A stretch of 64,000 nt of DNA from Eledone cirrhosa (GCA_964016885.1 OZ024765.1:17856001-17920000); one strand, 5' to 3'; shown: positions 1-17,502, counted from the first letter of the stretch. A program made the numbers and translations. The notes: generated by a model from the sequence alone, not told the origin.

Positions 1-43
<43 letters not shown>

Positions 44-60
44 ATATATATATATATATT

Positions 61-123
61 ACCCTAAGTATTGAGTACTCTGGTGCGTTATGGTCCATCT
101 GGTTCCTTACCACAACTCCTTCG

Positions 124-171
<48 letters not shown>

Positions 172-382
172 TATATATATAACGAAGGAAATGTGGTCAG
201 GAACCAGGTGGACCATAACACACCAGAGTACTCAATACTTAGGGTAGTAGAGTGGGTAATAGGAACGAGTAGGACCCCGACGGCTGAGCTCAAGCCGTTT
301 CGACGGCTAATTCTGGACTTTTTTAGTCCAGAATTAGCCGTCGAAACGGCTTGAGCTCAGCCGTCGGGGTCCTACTCGTTCC
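61..382. mobile_element. PLE-like 3'-end fragments (family A), scrambled fold-back arrangement in (TA)n
   Basis: 61-124 is the reverse complement of part of 181-243. 262-318 and 324-382 form a perfect inverted repeat. Contains the HHR 3' half GAAACGGC-ttgagctca-GCCGTC. The family recurs about 10 times in the window. Confidence 0.6.
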
Positions 383-588
383 TATATATATATATAGTTG
401 TTTCGTTACTTTGGTTTTGTGTGGTTGGGTTTTGCCTACCGCAATTTTCAATTTGTCAAGCTATTTAAACGTAATGTTATTACTCTAAGGTCTAAGCCTA
501 CCCTTATTGAGTGCTTTGCTACTCATTCCTTATTGTAGGTCGGCTTTGCTTGGCCACCGCCAAAGCTTCGATTTTACTAAGCTTCCAC

Positions 589-642
<54 letters not shown>

Positions 643-644
<2 letters not shown>

Positions 645-826
645 GTTTCTACTTTTGGCACAAGGCCATCAATTACACCAGTACATTACTAGTACTTTAT
701 TTTATCGACCCCGTAAGGATGAAAGGCAAAGTTAACCTCGGCGGGATTTGAACTCAGATCATAAAGGGACGTAACTATGCTGGAAAGCATGTCCGAGCCT
801 CTACCGATACTGCCAATTCACCGCCC
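643..826 (-). mobile_element. tRNA-derived SINE (Octopus OR-like family)
   Basis: ~185 bp dispersed repeat. Minus strand has an A-box-like TGGCAGTATCGG, a B-box GAGTTCAAATCC and the tail GTGCCAAAAGTAGAAACAA. Confidence 0.85.
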
Positions 827-1347
827 TTATATATATATATATAATGTTTGTGTGTGTATATATATATATAGTGTGTGTGGGGGGAGGGGTTATATGTATA
901 TGTGTGGGAGTATATATATGTATATATATATATATAGTAATAATAAATTTGAAGACTAAAATCCAAAGAGATAAGGATAAATATATATCAAATATCCCGT
1001 TAAAGGTGAAAGCAGCGATTCTTTGTTTAAACTTTAATCTGTTATTTTAATATATATATATATACACACGTATCTCTGACTGTATGTATATATATACATA
1101 TATATACGCATCTTTGACTGTATATATATATATATATATATATATAGGTGCTAAAAAATGACAGCTATGTCCGCCACAGGGGTTCCCCATAAATAGCGGT
1201 AGAGATGTAGTTTTCAGTTAAAGTGCTAAACAGTTATTCATAAAATTATTAATTATCTGACAGCGACACATATCTTGGGAGTGTAAGACAGGACAGTAAG
1301 GATTAATATACGATACACAATATAAAGGAAGAGTGTATATATATATA

Positions 1348-2270
1348 CTAGCAGCAGTACCCAGCGTTGCCTGGGTAGGTAAAATAATATCTGCTTTGAT
1401 GAAGAGGTGTTGATCTTAGCGACTGCGAGTTTCTGGAAAATCGGTCGTAAGGTGTAGCAAATGGCGAAATGTTGATTGAAATCGTATGGAATATGTGGGA
1501 GGTGGAAAAATCGTATTTTGAAGAGGTAAACGGCTGCCACGCCGTCCCCGAACAAAAAAATGCAAAGCGTAAAGCTACTATAAGATGTGCAATGATAGGT
1601 TCTATCGTAGTATAAAAGTTGAACCAAATAAATTGATTTATGTGTGAAGCCGAAGTTTCAAATTTGAACGAAATCGGTTGAAAAATGTGGGAGTTAGAGC
1701 CGAAAAGGCGGCAATTTGAGCGAAAATGTGATATTTTCGAATATTTAAGCGGCTGCCACGCCGATCCTGAACAAAAAATCCAAAATATAAAGCCACCTTA
1801 AGACGTGAAATAATCAGATCTAGCGTAGTGTAAAATTTGAACAAAGTAGGTTGAATAATGTGGGAGCTAGAGCCTAAAACGTGGAAATTTGAGTCTAAAA
1901 GTGGTATTTATGAATATTTAAGCGGATGCCACGCCGTCCCTGAACAACAAATGCAAAATATAAAGCCAATATAGGATGTGGAATGATAAATTCTATTTTG
2001 CTTTAAAATTTGAAGGAAATCGGTGGCAAAATGTGGGAGTTATAGCAAAACATCTTATTTTTCGATACCTAAAAAAAGGTCACCCCCCACTATCGATTTT
2101 TAGCTGCAGAATGACCCCAGAATAAAAGAACGATACACTGATATATAGAAAACACTCCCCGATGACTAATCTATGAGCCTGTAAAGTTTCATGAAAATCG
2201 GTCGTAAGATGTAGGCCCCTATAGGTAATAAACAGACACACACACATACTTAATTTTATATATATACAGA
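1348..2270 (-). mobile_element. Non-autonomous Helitron
   Basis: Minus strand begins A|TCTGTATATATA at 2270 and ends with hairpin ACCCAGG-caacg-CTGGGT followed by CTAG|T at 1348. No TSD. Internal subrepeats (GCCACGCCG at ~1536, ~1755, ~1928). Confidence 0.8.
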
Positions 2271-2272
2271 TA

Positions 2273-2580
2273 TAGTGTAACACAGGTAATCGCGGTCACG
2301 GCATATTCGCGGAATCGTAAATATATTCCGCGATGTTTTAAATGTTTTTTTTTTCGTACAAATATATATTTTTTAACGCTAAATTATTTATAACAATATA
2401 CCGTATTTGCTGGCCTATTAGACGCCCTTTCGCATAAGACGATACTTCGGATTTATTATATTTTACGTTATAATTTGAAGTTTATAGACATTTTTATCGA
2501 CCACATCCAATATTCGCGGTTTTCGCTCTTCGCAGGTGTTGTAAAAAAATAAAACACCCCCGAATACCGGGGACAACTGT
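2273..2580. mobile_element. pogo/Tigger-like MITE (degenerate)
   Basis: Right end CCCCGAATACCGGGGACAACTG|TA resembles a Tigger-type TIR, with repeated TATTCGCGG subterminal motifs. The left TIR is decayed. Confidence 0.4.
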
Positions 2581-2630
2581 ATATATATGTATATATATAT
2601 ATACATGTGTATATATATATATATATATAA

Positions 2631-2816
2631 TTGTTTTTACTTTTGGCACAAGGCCAGCAATTATCCCAGTGTATTACTGGTACTTTATTTTATCGACCCC
2701 AAAAGGATGAAGGGCAAAGTTAACCTCGGCGGGATTTGAACTCAGATCATAAAGGGCCGTAACTCTATGCTTCAAAGCATGGCGTCCAACCCTCTCCTGA
2801 TACTGCCAATCCACCG
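2631..2816 (-). mobile_element. tRNA-derived SINE (OR-like)
   Basis: Same family as 643-826. Confidence 0.85.
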
Positions 2817-2929
2817 AGTGTGCGTGTGTGTATCGTGGGTTCAAAGAATCCCCATTCTTAAAATCCCTCGGCCAATGACTTCCACCCATCCCAATCACCA
2901 GATATTGTATAAATACCATCATAACACAT

Positions 2930-3680
2930 TAACAGCCGGCTTTTCTGGTGATTTCCTTCAAATGAAACAGTTCTAGTCTTCTAGAAGCCATTTCTATAGT
3001 CGGAAGTTGCGCTTCGCTAATTTCTACTCGCCGGAATGCGATTCTCGCTAAATTTATATTTGTATTAATCTCCCAAGTCTAGCAATTAACCAGTTAATGT
3101 TTTTGATTTTTTTTAGTTAATTCTATTGACTGATTAATCGCTTAAGTTTATTTTAAAAACTACTCGGTAGAGAGCTAAATTCGTTTTGTGCTATTTTTGC
3201 AATGATTACACATAGTGAATTCATTTGCCAAAACAAGGTGTTTTGTCTCCTTTGGAGTTCACATGTGCTTTCGAACACTGTGAGATCCTGGCGCACGGAG
3301 AACAAAATGCCTGTTGAGAAAGTGATATCCTTGTTCGATCATTATATTAAAAGCTTATTATTTTTTATAAGCAGACAGTATTATTGATTTAGGTGTCGCA
3401 GAAACCCTATATCGGATTTTACCATCATTCCCGAACGTCCGGGTAAATATTTGAATCATATCTCATTTTGTTTGACCCGCTTAGTTTGCTCGTCTTTTTG
3501 GCTTATGTGGTTAATGGCTTCTTAACCATCGTCTCAGTTTTGTATGAACTGTTTAACTTATGTTTATAGCTCTGGTATCTTCATATCCATTGAGCGCTCG
3601 CCAACACAATTCGGAATTTGCGTTTCGCTAAATTCTACTCGCCGAAATGCGATTCTCGCTAAATTTATATTTGTAAACAC
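2930..3680 (+). mobile_element. PLE-like remnant with direct terminal repeats and a degenerate HHR
   Basis: A ~55 bp direct repeat (TTCGCTAA.TTCTACTCGCC...TTTGTA) occurs at ~3013 and ~3623. HHR-like CTGGTGA..GAAAC..GTC at 2945-2978, same family as 7766-7800. Confidence 0.4.
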
Positions 3681-3682
3681 TA

Positions 3683-3746
<64 letters not shown>

Positions 3747-3806
3747 CCACAATTAAAACAGGTTCAAAACTACTCAGTACATTAGTAAACTAGAAATATA
3801 TATATA

Positions 3807-3880
3807 CAGGGTGTCCCAAACGAATGTATACTTACTTCAACATCATTCTAATATATATGTGTATTCATTTTTGGGGGACG

Positions 3881-3885
<5 letters not shown>
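3807..3885. mobile_element. Ultra-short Tc1/mariner-type MITE
   Basis: TA|CAGGGTGTCCCAAA...TTTGGGGGACGCCCTA|TA, with imperfect ~25 bp TIRs and TA flanks. Confidence 0.6.
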
Positions 3886-3953
<68 letters not shown>

Positions 3954-4394
3954 AAGATTCAGGACCCCGACGGCTGAGCTACGTCCGTTTCGAGAGCTAG
4001 ATCTGGACATGTCTATACACATGACAAATATATCGGTTTTTACAAAAGCGATATAAAAATTGGAAAGAGTTTGGTGAAGTTAAAACAGCTCAAAATACAG
4101 TAATTTATTATAATAAACAGTACAAAAGATTATGTTTCATACTTCCTTGAAAGATCTTTCAAACAAGCATGTGTACAAAATCCTATTGTGTTAAAAATAA
4201 TAATTACGCATGAAGCAAATTATTCATTAAAGTAATTACCAAATACGTTTTTACATTAAATATTAATTTACGAACGTTTCGTCCCCTACTGGAACTTATC
4301 AAAATCAAATATGCATTAGTAAATATCTCATTATTAAACCTCACAACGTGGTACTACAACTCCCAATCAAAGAGTATATTTATATTTAAAAAGA

Positions 4395-5705
4395 TACATA
4401 CATACCCACACACTATATATACAATCATATACACACATACACACTACATACATACCCACACACTATACATGAAAGCATATACACACATACATACTACATA
4501 CATATCCACACACTATATATAAAAGCATATACACACATAAACACGACATACATACCCACACACTATATATAAAAGCATATAGACATATACACACTACATA
4601 CATACCCACACACTATATATAAAAGCATATACACACTACATACATACCCACACACTATACATGAAAGCATATACACACATACATACTACATACATATCCA
4701 CACACTATATATAAAAGCATATACACACATAAACACGACATACATACCCACACACTATATATAAAATCATATACACACATACACACTAGATACATATCCA
4801 CACACTATATATAAAAGCATATACACGCATACACACTACATACATATCCACACACTATATATAAAAGCATATACAGACATAAACACTACATACATACCCA
4901 CACACTATATATAAAAGCATATACACACATACACACTACATACATACCCACACACTATATATAAAAGCATATACACACATACATACACATACATACCCAC
5001 ACACTATATATAAAAGCATATAGACACATAAACACTACACACATACCCACACACTATATATAAAAGCATATACACACATAAACACTACACACATACCCAC
5101 ACACTATATATAAAAGCATATACACACATACACACTACATACATACCCACACACTATATATAAAAGCATATACACACATAAACACTACACACATACCCAC
5201 ACACTATATATAAAAGCATATACACACATACACACTACACACATACCCACACGCTATATATAAAAGCATATACACACATAAACACTACACACATACCCAC
5301 ACACTATATATAAAAGCATATACACACATAAACATTACACACATTCCCACACACTATACATGAAAGCATATACACACATACACACTACATACATATCCAC
5401 ACACTATATATAAAAGCATATACACACAAACACTACATACATACCCACACACTATATATAAAAGCATATACACACATAAACACTACATACATACCCACAC
5501 ACTATATATAAAAGCATATAGACACATAAACACTACATACATATACACACATACACACTACATAATACCCATACACTATATATAAAAGCATATACACACA
5601 TACACACTACATACATACCCACACACTATATATAAAAGCATATACACACATACACACTACATACATACCCACACACTATATATAAAAGCATATACACACA
5701 TACAC
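4395..5705. repeat. 50-bp minisatellite, ~26 copies
   Basis: Unit ACATACATACCCACACACTATATATAAAAGCATATACACACATACACACT. Confidence 0.95.
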
Positions 5706-5837
5706 AAAAGAAGAGTCGGACAGATAGAAGTAGAAGTGTATTCAAGAGAAACATGATCTGAGTATTAAACTAATAAAAGATAAGAGTAATCCGAAATTAA
5801 GGATACCTCTAGTTAGCTTCCTCAATATTATAGTTAA

Positions 5838-6702
5838 CCCTTTAGAATTCAAATTATTTTATATCGGGGTCGATAAAATAAAGTACCAGTAATGCACTGA
5901 GTAATTGCTGGCCTTGTGCCAAAAGTAGAAACAATTATTTTATATATACTATTATATTTTCCTGGTAAAGGCTTTACCTCACATAATATCTCACACAACA
6001 TTTACATTACTCTATATATACTATTATATTTTCATGGTAAAGGCTTTACCTCACATAATATCTCACATAACATTTACATTACTCTATATATACTATTATA
6101 TTTTCATGGTAAAGGCTTTACCTCACATAATGTCTCACATAACATTTACATTACTCTATATATACTATTATATTTTCATGGTAAAGGCTTTACCTCACAT
6201 AATATCTCACATAACATTTACATTACTCTATATATACTATTATATTTTCATGGTAAAGGCTTTACCTCACATAATATCTCACATAACATTTACATTACTC
6301 TATATATACTATTATATTTTCATGGTAAAGGCTTTACCTCACATAATATCTCACATAACATTTACATTACTCTATATATACTATTATATTTTCATGGTAA
6401 AGGCTTTACCTCACATAATATCTCACATAACATTTACATTACTCTATATATACTATTGTATTTTCACAGTAAAGGCTTTACCTCACATAATATCTCACAT
6501 AACATTTACATTACTCTATATATACTATTATATTTTCATGGTAAAGGCTTTACCTCACATAATTATCTCACATAATATCGAATCTATGAAATTTTGAAAG
6601 TATTTATTTTGAGAACAATACCTTAACATCAGTTTGAACGAAGTTTCAATAGAAAGAGGTAGAGAATTCTGGCCTGTTTTGGCGGGTTTGAACATTAAAG
6701 GG
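5838..6702. mobile_element. piggyBac-like MITE with internal 72-bp tandem array and a nested truncated SINE
   Basis: TTAA|CCCTTTA...TAAAGGG|TTAA ends. About 9 copies of a 72-bp unit at 5938-6570. SINE 3' end at 5866-5934 with TSD AATTATTTTATAT. Confidence 0.75.
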
Positions 6703-7094
6703 TTAAGAGTAATGTATTTTATGTTGACAAGAAGGAATTATACTAGACCACCCGTCACCCGTTGGGTCACATTCACTTCAAAATATTAAAAAGAAATCAT
6801 GTTCACTTAAAAACAATATTTAAATAATTAAAATATACACAGACATAATGTGAAATGAAAAGTCAGATATTTCAAATTATTAATATGAGTATGCAAATGA
6901 GGTTGAGGTATAAGGGCTGAAAAAACGTCTAAAAATAACGTTTTTTCAGCCCTATACCTCAACCTCATTTGCATACTCATCTTAATAATTTGAAATATCT
7001 GACTTTTCTTCTCTCTTCCTTCACTATCCAAGAAAAACTTGAACTGTTAACGTATCTTTTCTTGGTTATGTCAACATTTATAAAACAATCTTTG

Positions 7095-7155
7095 TATTTT
7101 ATCTGATGAAAGCGTACCAAAGTTTTGGTACCCTTGAGATATATATAATAGAATA
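7095..7155 (+). ncRNA. Type-I HHR motif, mutated core (GAGA for GAAA)
   Basis: tattttat-CTGATGA-aagcgtaccaa..ttggtaccctt-GAGA-tatat-ATA-atagaata. Confidence 0.55.
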
Positions 7156-7239
7156 AATATGGTTTTATAAATATAGTTTCCATGTATTTAATATCATTGT
7201 ATATATATTTATTATATATATATATAAATATATATATAT

Positions 7240-7581
7240 GGAGGCACATGGCTTAGGGGTTAGAGTATTGGCCTTGCAATCGAAAGGTTGTGAGTTCAAT
7301 TCTCAGACCAGGCGATGTGTTGTTTCCTTGAGCAAGACACTTTATTTCACATTGCTCCAGTTTACTCAGCTGTAGAAATGAGATGATAGGGACTGGGGTC
7401 CCTATCATTCCACTGCAAAGTGGTCGTGGAGGTGCCACGGCAAAAAAGCACCCAGCACTCACTGTAAATGAGGTTGGTGTTAGGAAGGGCATCTAGCTGT
7501 AGAAATCAAGCCATAATCAGTTCCCGTCCCACCCTTGCAAGCAGGGAAAAAGCGGACGTAAAATGATGATGATGATGATGA
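7240..7581 (+). mobile_element. tRNA-derived CORE-type SINE with (ATG)n tail
   Basis: A-box TGGCTTAGGGG, B-box GAGTTCAATTC, CORE-like CCTTGAGCAAGACACTT, (ATG)n tail. Confidence 0.75.
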
Positions 7582-7815
7582 TATATATATTCTTATACGT
7601 TGGGGGTGTTGCTGCAGGTTACATACACACGCACCTATTGGTTTTCATTTCAATTTATTTTAAATTCCGATTGGTTGGTTGGTTCGATAACCGGATGGTT
7701 GTTTATATATATATATAAGTTTTAATATAGAACTGTTTCATTCGTGAGAAATCAACAGAAAGCTTCCTGATGATTTCTCACGAATGGAACAGTTCTAGTC
7801 CTGTAGAAGCTCTTC

Positions 7816-7849
<34 letters not shown>

Positions 7850-7917
7850 AATATGGAGGAAGTTATAGTTCACTTGAAGCATTGTGTAATGAGGTATAAA
7901 CGTTTTTATATGTATAA

Positions 7918-8104
7918 TTGTTTCTACTTTAGGCACAAGGCCAGCAAATTACCCAGTGCATTACTGGTACTTTATTTTATCGACCCCGTAAGGATGAAAG
8001 GCAAAGTCAACCTCGGTGGGATTTGGACTCAGATCGTAAAGGGACGTAAATATGCTGGAAAGCATGGCGTCCGACCCTCTACCGATACTGCCAATCCACC
8101 GCCC
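7918..8104 (-). mobile_element. tRNA-derived SINE (OR-like)
   Basis: Full-length copy with TSD TATATGTATAAT. Confidence 0.85.
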
Positions 8105-8456
8105 TGTATATGTATAATAAAGCCAAAACAATGCAGGTATGGACATAGAATAAAGAATGCAAATGCAAAAGATATTGTTGACAATTAGTCTTTTACCTTA
8201 GATTTATTTAAATGGCCTTAATTTTCGAGATAATATGCCTTCATGACTTGGCAAGCTATTTAGAACACTGGTTTAACCGCCGTACTTCCCTCCGAAAAGA
8301 GATATTATCTCGAAAATTAAGGACATTTAAATAAATCTAAGGTAAAAGACTAATTGTCAACAATATCTTTTGCATTTGCATTCTTTATTCTATGTCCATA
8401 CCTGCATTGTTTTGGCTTTATTATACATATACAAACGTTTATATATATATATATAA

Positions 8457-8645
8457 TTCTTTCTACTTTTGGCACAAGGCCAGCAATTATTCTAGTGTAT
8501 TACTGGTACTTTATTTTATCGACCCAGTAAGGATGAAAGGCAAAGTTAACCTCGGCGGGATTTGAACTCAGACCATAAAGGGCCGTAACTCTATGCGTCA
8601 AAGCATGGCGTCCGACCCTCTACCGATACTGCCAATCCACCGCCC
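8457..8645 (-). mobile_element. tRNA-derived SINE (OR-like)
   Basis: Full-length copy inside (TA)n. Confidence 0.85.
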
Positions 8646-8705
8646 TTATATATATATATAATGTCTGACACACACACACATATATAAATATATATATATA
8701 TATAT

Positions 8706-8848
8706 AACGAAGGAAATGTGGTAAGGAACCAGGTGGACCATAACGCACCAAAGTACTCAATACTTAGGGTAGTAGAGTGGGTAGTGGGAATTAGTCCTGA
8801 ATTAGCCGTCGAAACGGCTTGAGCTAAGCCGTCGGGGTCTTACTCGTT

Positions 8849-8850
<2 letters not shown>
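8706..8850. mobile_element. PLE-like family A fragment with internal inversion
   Basis: Same sequence as 181-382, two segments in opposite orientation, flanked by (TA)n. Confidence 0.6.
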
Positions 8851-8897
<47 letters not shown>

Positions 8898-8934
8898 TAT
8901 ACAATTATCAAAGTTGTGTTCAAATCATTTAATA

Positions 8935-8979
8935 GCTGACAATCGTTTCTTCCAAACTCTCGTTTGGAGTCATCGGAGC
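8935..8979 (-). ncRNA. Minimal type-I HHR motif (CCGAUGA core variant)
   Basis: gct-CCGATGA-ctccaaac-GAGA-gtttggaa-GAAAC-gatt-GTC-agc. Lies in the fold-back 8890-9157. Confidence 0.7.
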
Positions 8980-9292
8980 ATTATCAATGTTTGCACATAT
9001 AATTAACCTTCTATTCTACTGAACAATAATATACATACATATAAATTGATGTTGTGAGCAACAGTTTCGTATTTACATGGTGGAACGAGAGTTTGGAAGA
9101 AACGATTGTCAGCTATTAAATAATTTGAACACAACTTTGATAATTGTATAATTTATTTATTTATTTAACTGCTCTGTAAAACAATTGATGTTCATACATT
9201 GAGCTATTTCTCTTACTGGTAATAAGGTAATTAAGAAATTACTGACCTTCCTGTTTATAGTTGTTTATACTATATACATAACTATAAATAGT

Positions 9293-9324
<32 letters not shown>

Positions 9325-9925
9325 AATTATTATAAATCATGTCTACAGAATTATTAGATAAACAAAATATATACTCCATTTCCTTTGCCAAACAGCACAA
9401 TCAACCATATAAAAAATCAATTATACTAAGCCATAAGGATAAAAGCTCCTATGAAGAAATCTCCGACACATAAACGAGAGTGGCTTCTTCGCGGTATCCA
9501 CAGCAGGTTATTTATCCAACATTTCGACAGCATGCATAAATCGACCAAGTACATAATTAACCATATGCAATTCGGTGTAAAATCAAACATAGAAGAACTG
9601 TGTACATACCGTAACTATCCCTACCATGGTTTCATCCGTATTTTTAGATATCCTATTAATAGGAAATCCATATATATATATATATATAATTGTTTCTACT
9701 TTTGGCACAAGGCCAGCAATTACCCAGTACATTACTGGTACTTTATTTTATCGACCCCGTAAGGATGAAAGGCAAAGTCAATATAATGTCTGACACACAC
9801 ACACATATATATATATCTATATATGTTTGATACACACACACACATTCACACACACACCCCACACACACATATATATATATATACAATATATTAACAAATG
9901 GAAACTATATTTATAAAACTATATT

Positions 9926-9991
9926 TATTTTATTATACATATTTCAAGGGCCACCAAGGCAAATTATGGTGCGCTTTCATCAGATAAAATA
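9926..9991 (-). ncRNA. Type-I HHR motif, intact core
   Basis: tattttat-CTGATGA-aagcgcacca..tggtggccctt-GAAA-tatgt-ATA-ataaaata, with an 8-bp stem I. Confidence 0.75.
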
Positions 9992-10088
9992 CAATACAGA
10001 TTTGTTTTATAAATAAATATTGACATACCCTGAAAAAAAGACAACCTTAACGGTTGGAGCTTCCTGGTTAGTATATATCGTATATATA

Positions 10089-10154
<66 letters not shown>

Positions 10155-10255
10155 GTGAAATGACTGGAGGGAAAATATGTTGTATTTTCTTAATGGCTAA
10201 CGTTGCAGAATGACCAATTCTACACAGTGGTAAACCATCAAATTTAAACGTATAC

Positions 10256-10293
<38 letters not shown>

Positions 10294-10455
10294 ACTTTTG
10301 TGTTTTTATATGTGTGTATATGTTTATATCTATTTATATATGTATGTATGTGTGTGTGTGTACGGGTGTGTGTGTGTGGAAATTACAGTTTTTTAAAGTG
10401 CACAAATAATGGGGACAAGGCTGACTAACCAGTAAATAAAGCTTATGTTGCTGTT

Positions 10456-11691
10456 GCTGTTACCACCACCGCTACTACTACTGCCACCAATACAACTCCC
10501 ACTACTACTACTACTACTACCACCACTACTACTAATACTACAACTACCAACCCAAACACCGCCACTATTACTATCACTACTGCTGTTGTTACTTACACCA
10601 TCACAACCACCACCACCACTACTACTAATACTGCTACTACCACTACTGCTGTTGCTATTACCACCATCACAACCACCACCACTACTACTACCATTACTGC
10701 TACTACCACTACTGCTGTTGCTACTACCACCATCACAACCACCACCACCATCAACACTGCTACTAATACTGCTACTACCACTACTGCTGTTGCTACTACC
10801 ACCATCACAACCACCACCACCACTACTACTACTACCATTACTGCTGTTGCTACTACCACCATCACAACCACCACCACTACTACTACCATTACTGCTGTTG
10901 CTACTACCACCACCACCACCACTACTACTACTACCACTACTGCTGTTGCTACTACCACCATCACAACCAACACCACCACCACCACCACTACTACTACCAT
11001 TACTGCTGTTGCTACTACCACCATTGCAACCACCACCACCACCACCACTACTACTACTACCACTACTGCTGTTGCTACTACCACCATCACAACCACCACC
11101 ACCACCACCACTACTACTACCATTACTGCTGTTGCTACTACCACCATTGCAACCACCACTACTACTACTACCACTACTGCTGTTGCCACTACCACCATCA
11201 CAACCACCACCACCACCACTACTACTACCATTACTGCTGTTGCTACTACCACCATTGCAACCACCACCACCACCACCACCGTTACTACTACTACCACTAC
11301 TGCTGTTGCTACTACTATCATCACAACCACCACCACCACCACCACTACTAATACTACTACTACCACTACTGTTGTTGCTACCACCACCACCACTACTAGC
11401 ACCAACACAACCACCACCACTACTACCACCAATCCCACCACCACTACTACTAATACTACTACTACCACCAACACAACCACCACTAGGGCAACTACCACCA
11501 CCAACACAACTACCACCAACACAATCAACACCACCACTACTACCTCCAACACAACCAACACCACGACTACTACCTCCAACACAACCACCACCACCACCAC
11601 TACTACTACTACTACCACCAACACAACCAACACCACCACTATTACCTCCAACACAACCACCACCATCACTACTACCTCCAACACAACCACC

Positions 11692-11740
<49 letters not shown>

Positions 11741-11811
11741 ACACAACCAACACCACCACAATTACCTCCAACACAACCACCACCATCACTACTACCTCCA
11801 ACACAACCACC

Positions 11812-11843
<32 letters not shown>

Positions 11844-11964
11844 CATCAACACAACCACCACTAGGGCAACTACCACCACCAACACAACTACCACCAACAC
11901 AACCAACACCACCACTATTACCTCCAACACAACCACCACCATCACTACTACCTCCAACACAACC

Positions 11965-12004
<40 letters not shown>

Positions 12005-12211
12005 ACACAACCACCACTAGGGCAACTACCACCACCAACACAACCACCACCAACACAACCAACACCACCACTATTACCTCCAACACAACCACCACCACCA
12101 CTACTACCTCCAACACAACCACCACCACCACCACTACTACTACTTCAACTACTACTTCTACTACTACTTCAACTACTACTACTACTACTACTTCTACTAC
12201 TACTACTACTC
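10456..12211. repeat. Compound (ACT/ACC)n trinucleotide-based tandem array
   Basis: 1.75 kb of ACT/ACC runs with higher-order units (GCTGTTGCT..., TCCAACACA...). Confidence 0.95.
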
Positions 12212-12363
12212 CTGATGATAAAAAAACAACGAATAAAATTTATAGTACAAAGAAAAGACCCACCAGAAACATTTACTAAATTTAAGTGTGTATATATATA
12301 TATATGGGTGTGTCTGTATGTATGTGTGTGTATATTTGTGTGTGTGTCTGTATGTGTGTGTGC

Positions 12364-12408
<45 letters not shown>

Positions 12409-12426
12409 TATACATATATTGGTATA

Positions 12427-12933
12427 CAGGGTGCGGAGGATATTTGTTCGCAAGATTACTGTCTAGGAAAAGATAACAGTAGTTTTATTTTTTAAGATTT
12501 ATTTATCAAACTTGGGTCAGTTTGTCTTCATGACTTGTTCTTTCGATCTCACTCGATAAACCCGCCATTGGCTTTGGTGACGGCCTCAAGGCGGCCTCTA
12601 GGTGGCCTCAAGGCGGCCTCTGAAGCGGCTACAGGCCTTCGTCACTGTCCCCCGACTTAGGCCCCTAAAGGCACTTGTGATCCTGGCCTTCAGATCGTCT
12701 TTCGTATTGCAGCTAGATCTGTTGGTGTCTCGTTCCACTGCGCCCCACACAACGAAGTCGAGGGGGTTGCGGTCAGGCGAGCTGGGAGGTCAGATGTCAG
12801 GTGGAGTGTGGTCAACGAAGTTCTCTGACAGCCAGGCTTGGGTCTTTCGGCTGGTATGGCAGGGCGCTGAGTCTTGCTGCCACACGTACAAACTAGCAGT
12901 TGAAAATTGCGAACAAGTATCGTCCGCACCCTC
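12427..12933 (-). mobile_element. Internally deleted Tc1/mariner DD37D (maT) transposon carrying a transposase C-terminal pseudogene
   Basis: TIR CAGGGTGCGGA.GATA.TTGTTCGCAA at both ends with TA flanks. Minus strand reads [20 protein letters not shown]...[19 protein letters not shown], with 37 residues between the two Asp, an in-frame stop and a frameshift. Confidence 0.88.
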
Positions 12934-12964
<31 letters not shown>

Positions 12965-13121
12965 AAGTATATATATATATTTATGTATGTGTATATATAT
13001 ATATTTATGTATGTATGTGTATATATATATATTTATGTATGTATGTGTATATATATATATTTATGTATGTATGTGTATATATATATGTATATTTATATAT
13101 ATGTGTGTATATATATATATA

Positions 13122-13156
<35 letters not shown>

Positions 13157-13195
13157 GTGTGTGTGTATATATGTGTATATATATATTTATGTATG

Positions 13196-13228
<33 letters not shown>

Positions 13229-13327
13229 GTATCTATATTTATATATATGTGTGTGTGTATATATGTATATGTGCGTATATATGTGCGTATTAATGTGCGT
13301 TTGTAGTTATACATATATGTGAATGCG

Positions 13328-13416
<89 letters not shown>

Positions 13417-13421
13417 TACAT

Positions 13422-13461
<40 letters not shown>

Positions 13462-13489
13462 ATGCATAAATATATATATACACATATAT

Positions 13490-13541
<52 letters not shown>

Positions 13542-13711
13542 CCTCACAGAGAGTTACTCACACGGAAAGAAAGAGAAAAAAGATGGATGGGTTGGTAATT
13601 ATGTAACTTGTAATATGACATATTGGCATCGACAGCAAAGAGCAGAAGGATAGATAGATGCCATGTGTGGGGGGAGGGGGGAAATTAGGTTATATAATGG
13701 AGCGAGAATGA

Positions 13712-13742
<31 letters not shown>

Positions 13743-13792
13743 TGTGTGTATATATATGTAGATAGATGTGTGTATATATATATATATATAGA

Positions 13793-13842
<50 letters not shown>

Positions 13843-13849
13843 AACATAT

Positions 13850-16855
<3,006 letters not shown>

Positions 16856-16940
16856 GTACGTTACATAAGAAATCCAGTATCCGTGTAATCCGGTTATGTC
16901 TGCGTCAGCGTTTTAGAAACGTTCCTATCTACGTATATAT

Positions 16941-17042
<102 letters not shown>

Positions 17043-17221
17043 TGTATATATACTTGTATATATATATATATACATATATATACATATATATAACATATAT
17101 ATACATATATATATATACATATATAAAAGACAGCGAGAAGCGAAAACCAACCAAACAGTGAGTGTGTTCTGTTATTAATTCTGGCAATATTACGCAAATA
17201 TGACCCTCCCCAAATATAACA

Positions 17222-17264
<43 letters not shown>

Positions 17265-17279
17265 AACATGTATACATAC

Positions 17280-17328
<49 letters not shown>

Positions 17329-17469
17329 AACATATATACATACGTATATATATATATATATATATATATATACGTACACATATATATACATATATATATA
17401 CATATATATGTATGTATATATACATATATATATAGATATATATATATATATATATACGTATATATATAC

Positions 17470-17502
<33 letters not shown>

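Noticed and set aside
5916-6597. 219-aa and 187-aa repetitive ORFs (also 23204-23869)
   Set aside because: They arise from a 72-bp tandem unit inside a MITE; several frames are open and there is no gene context.
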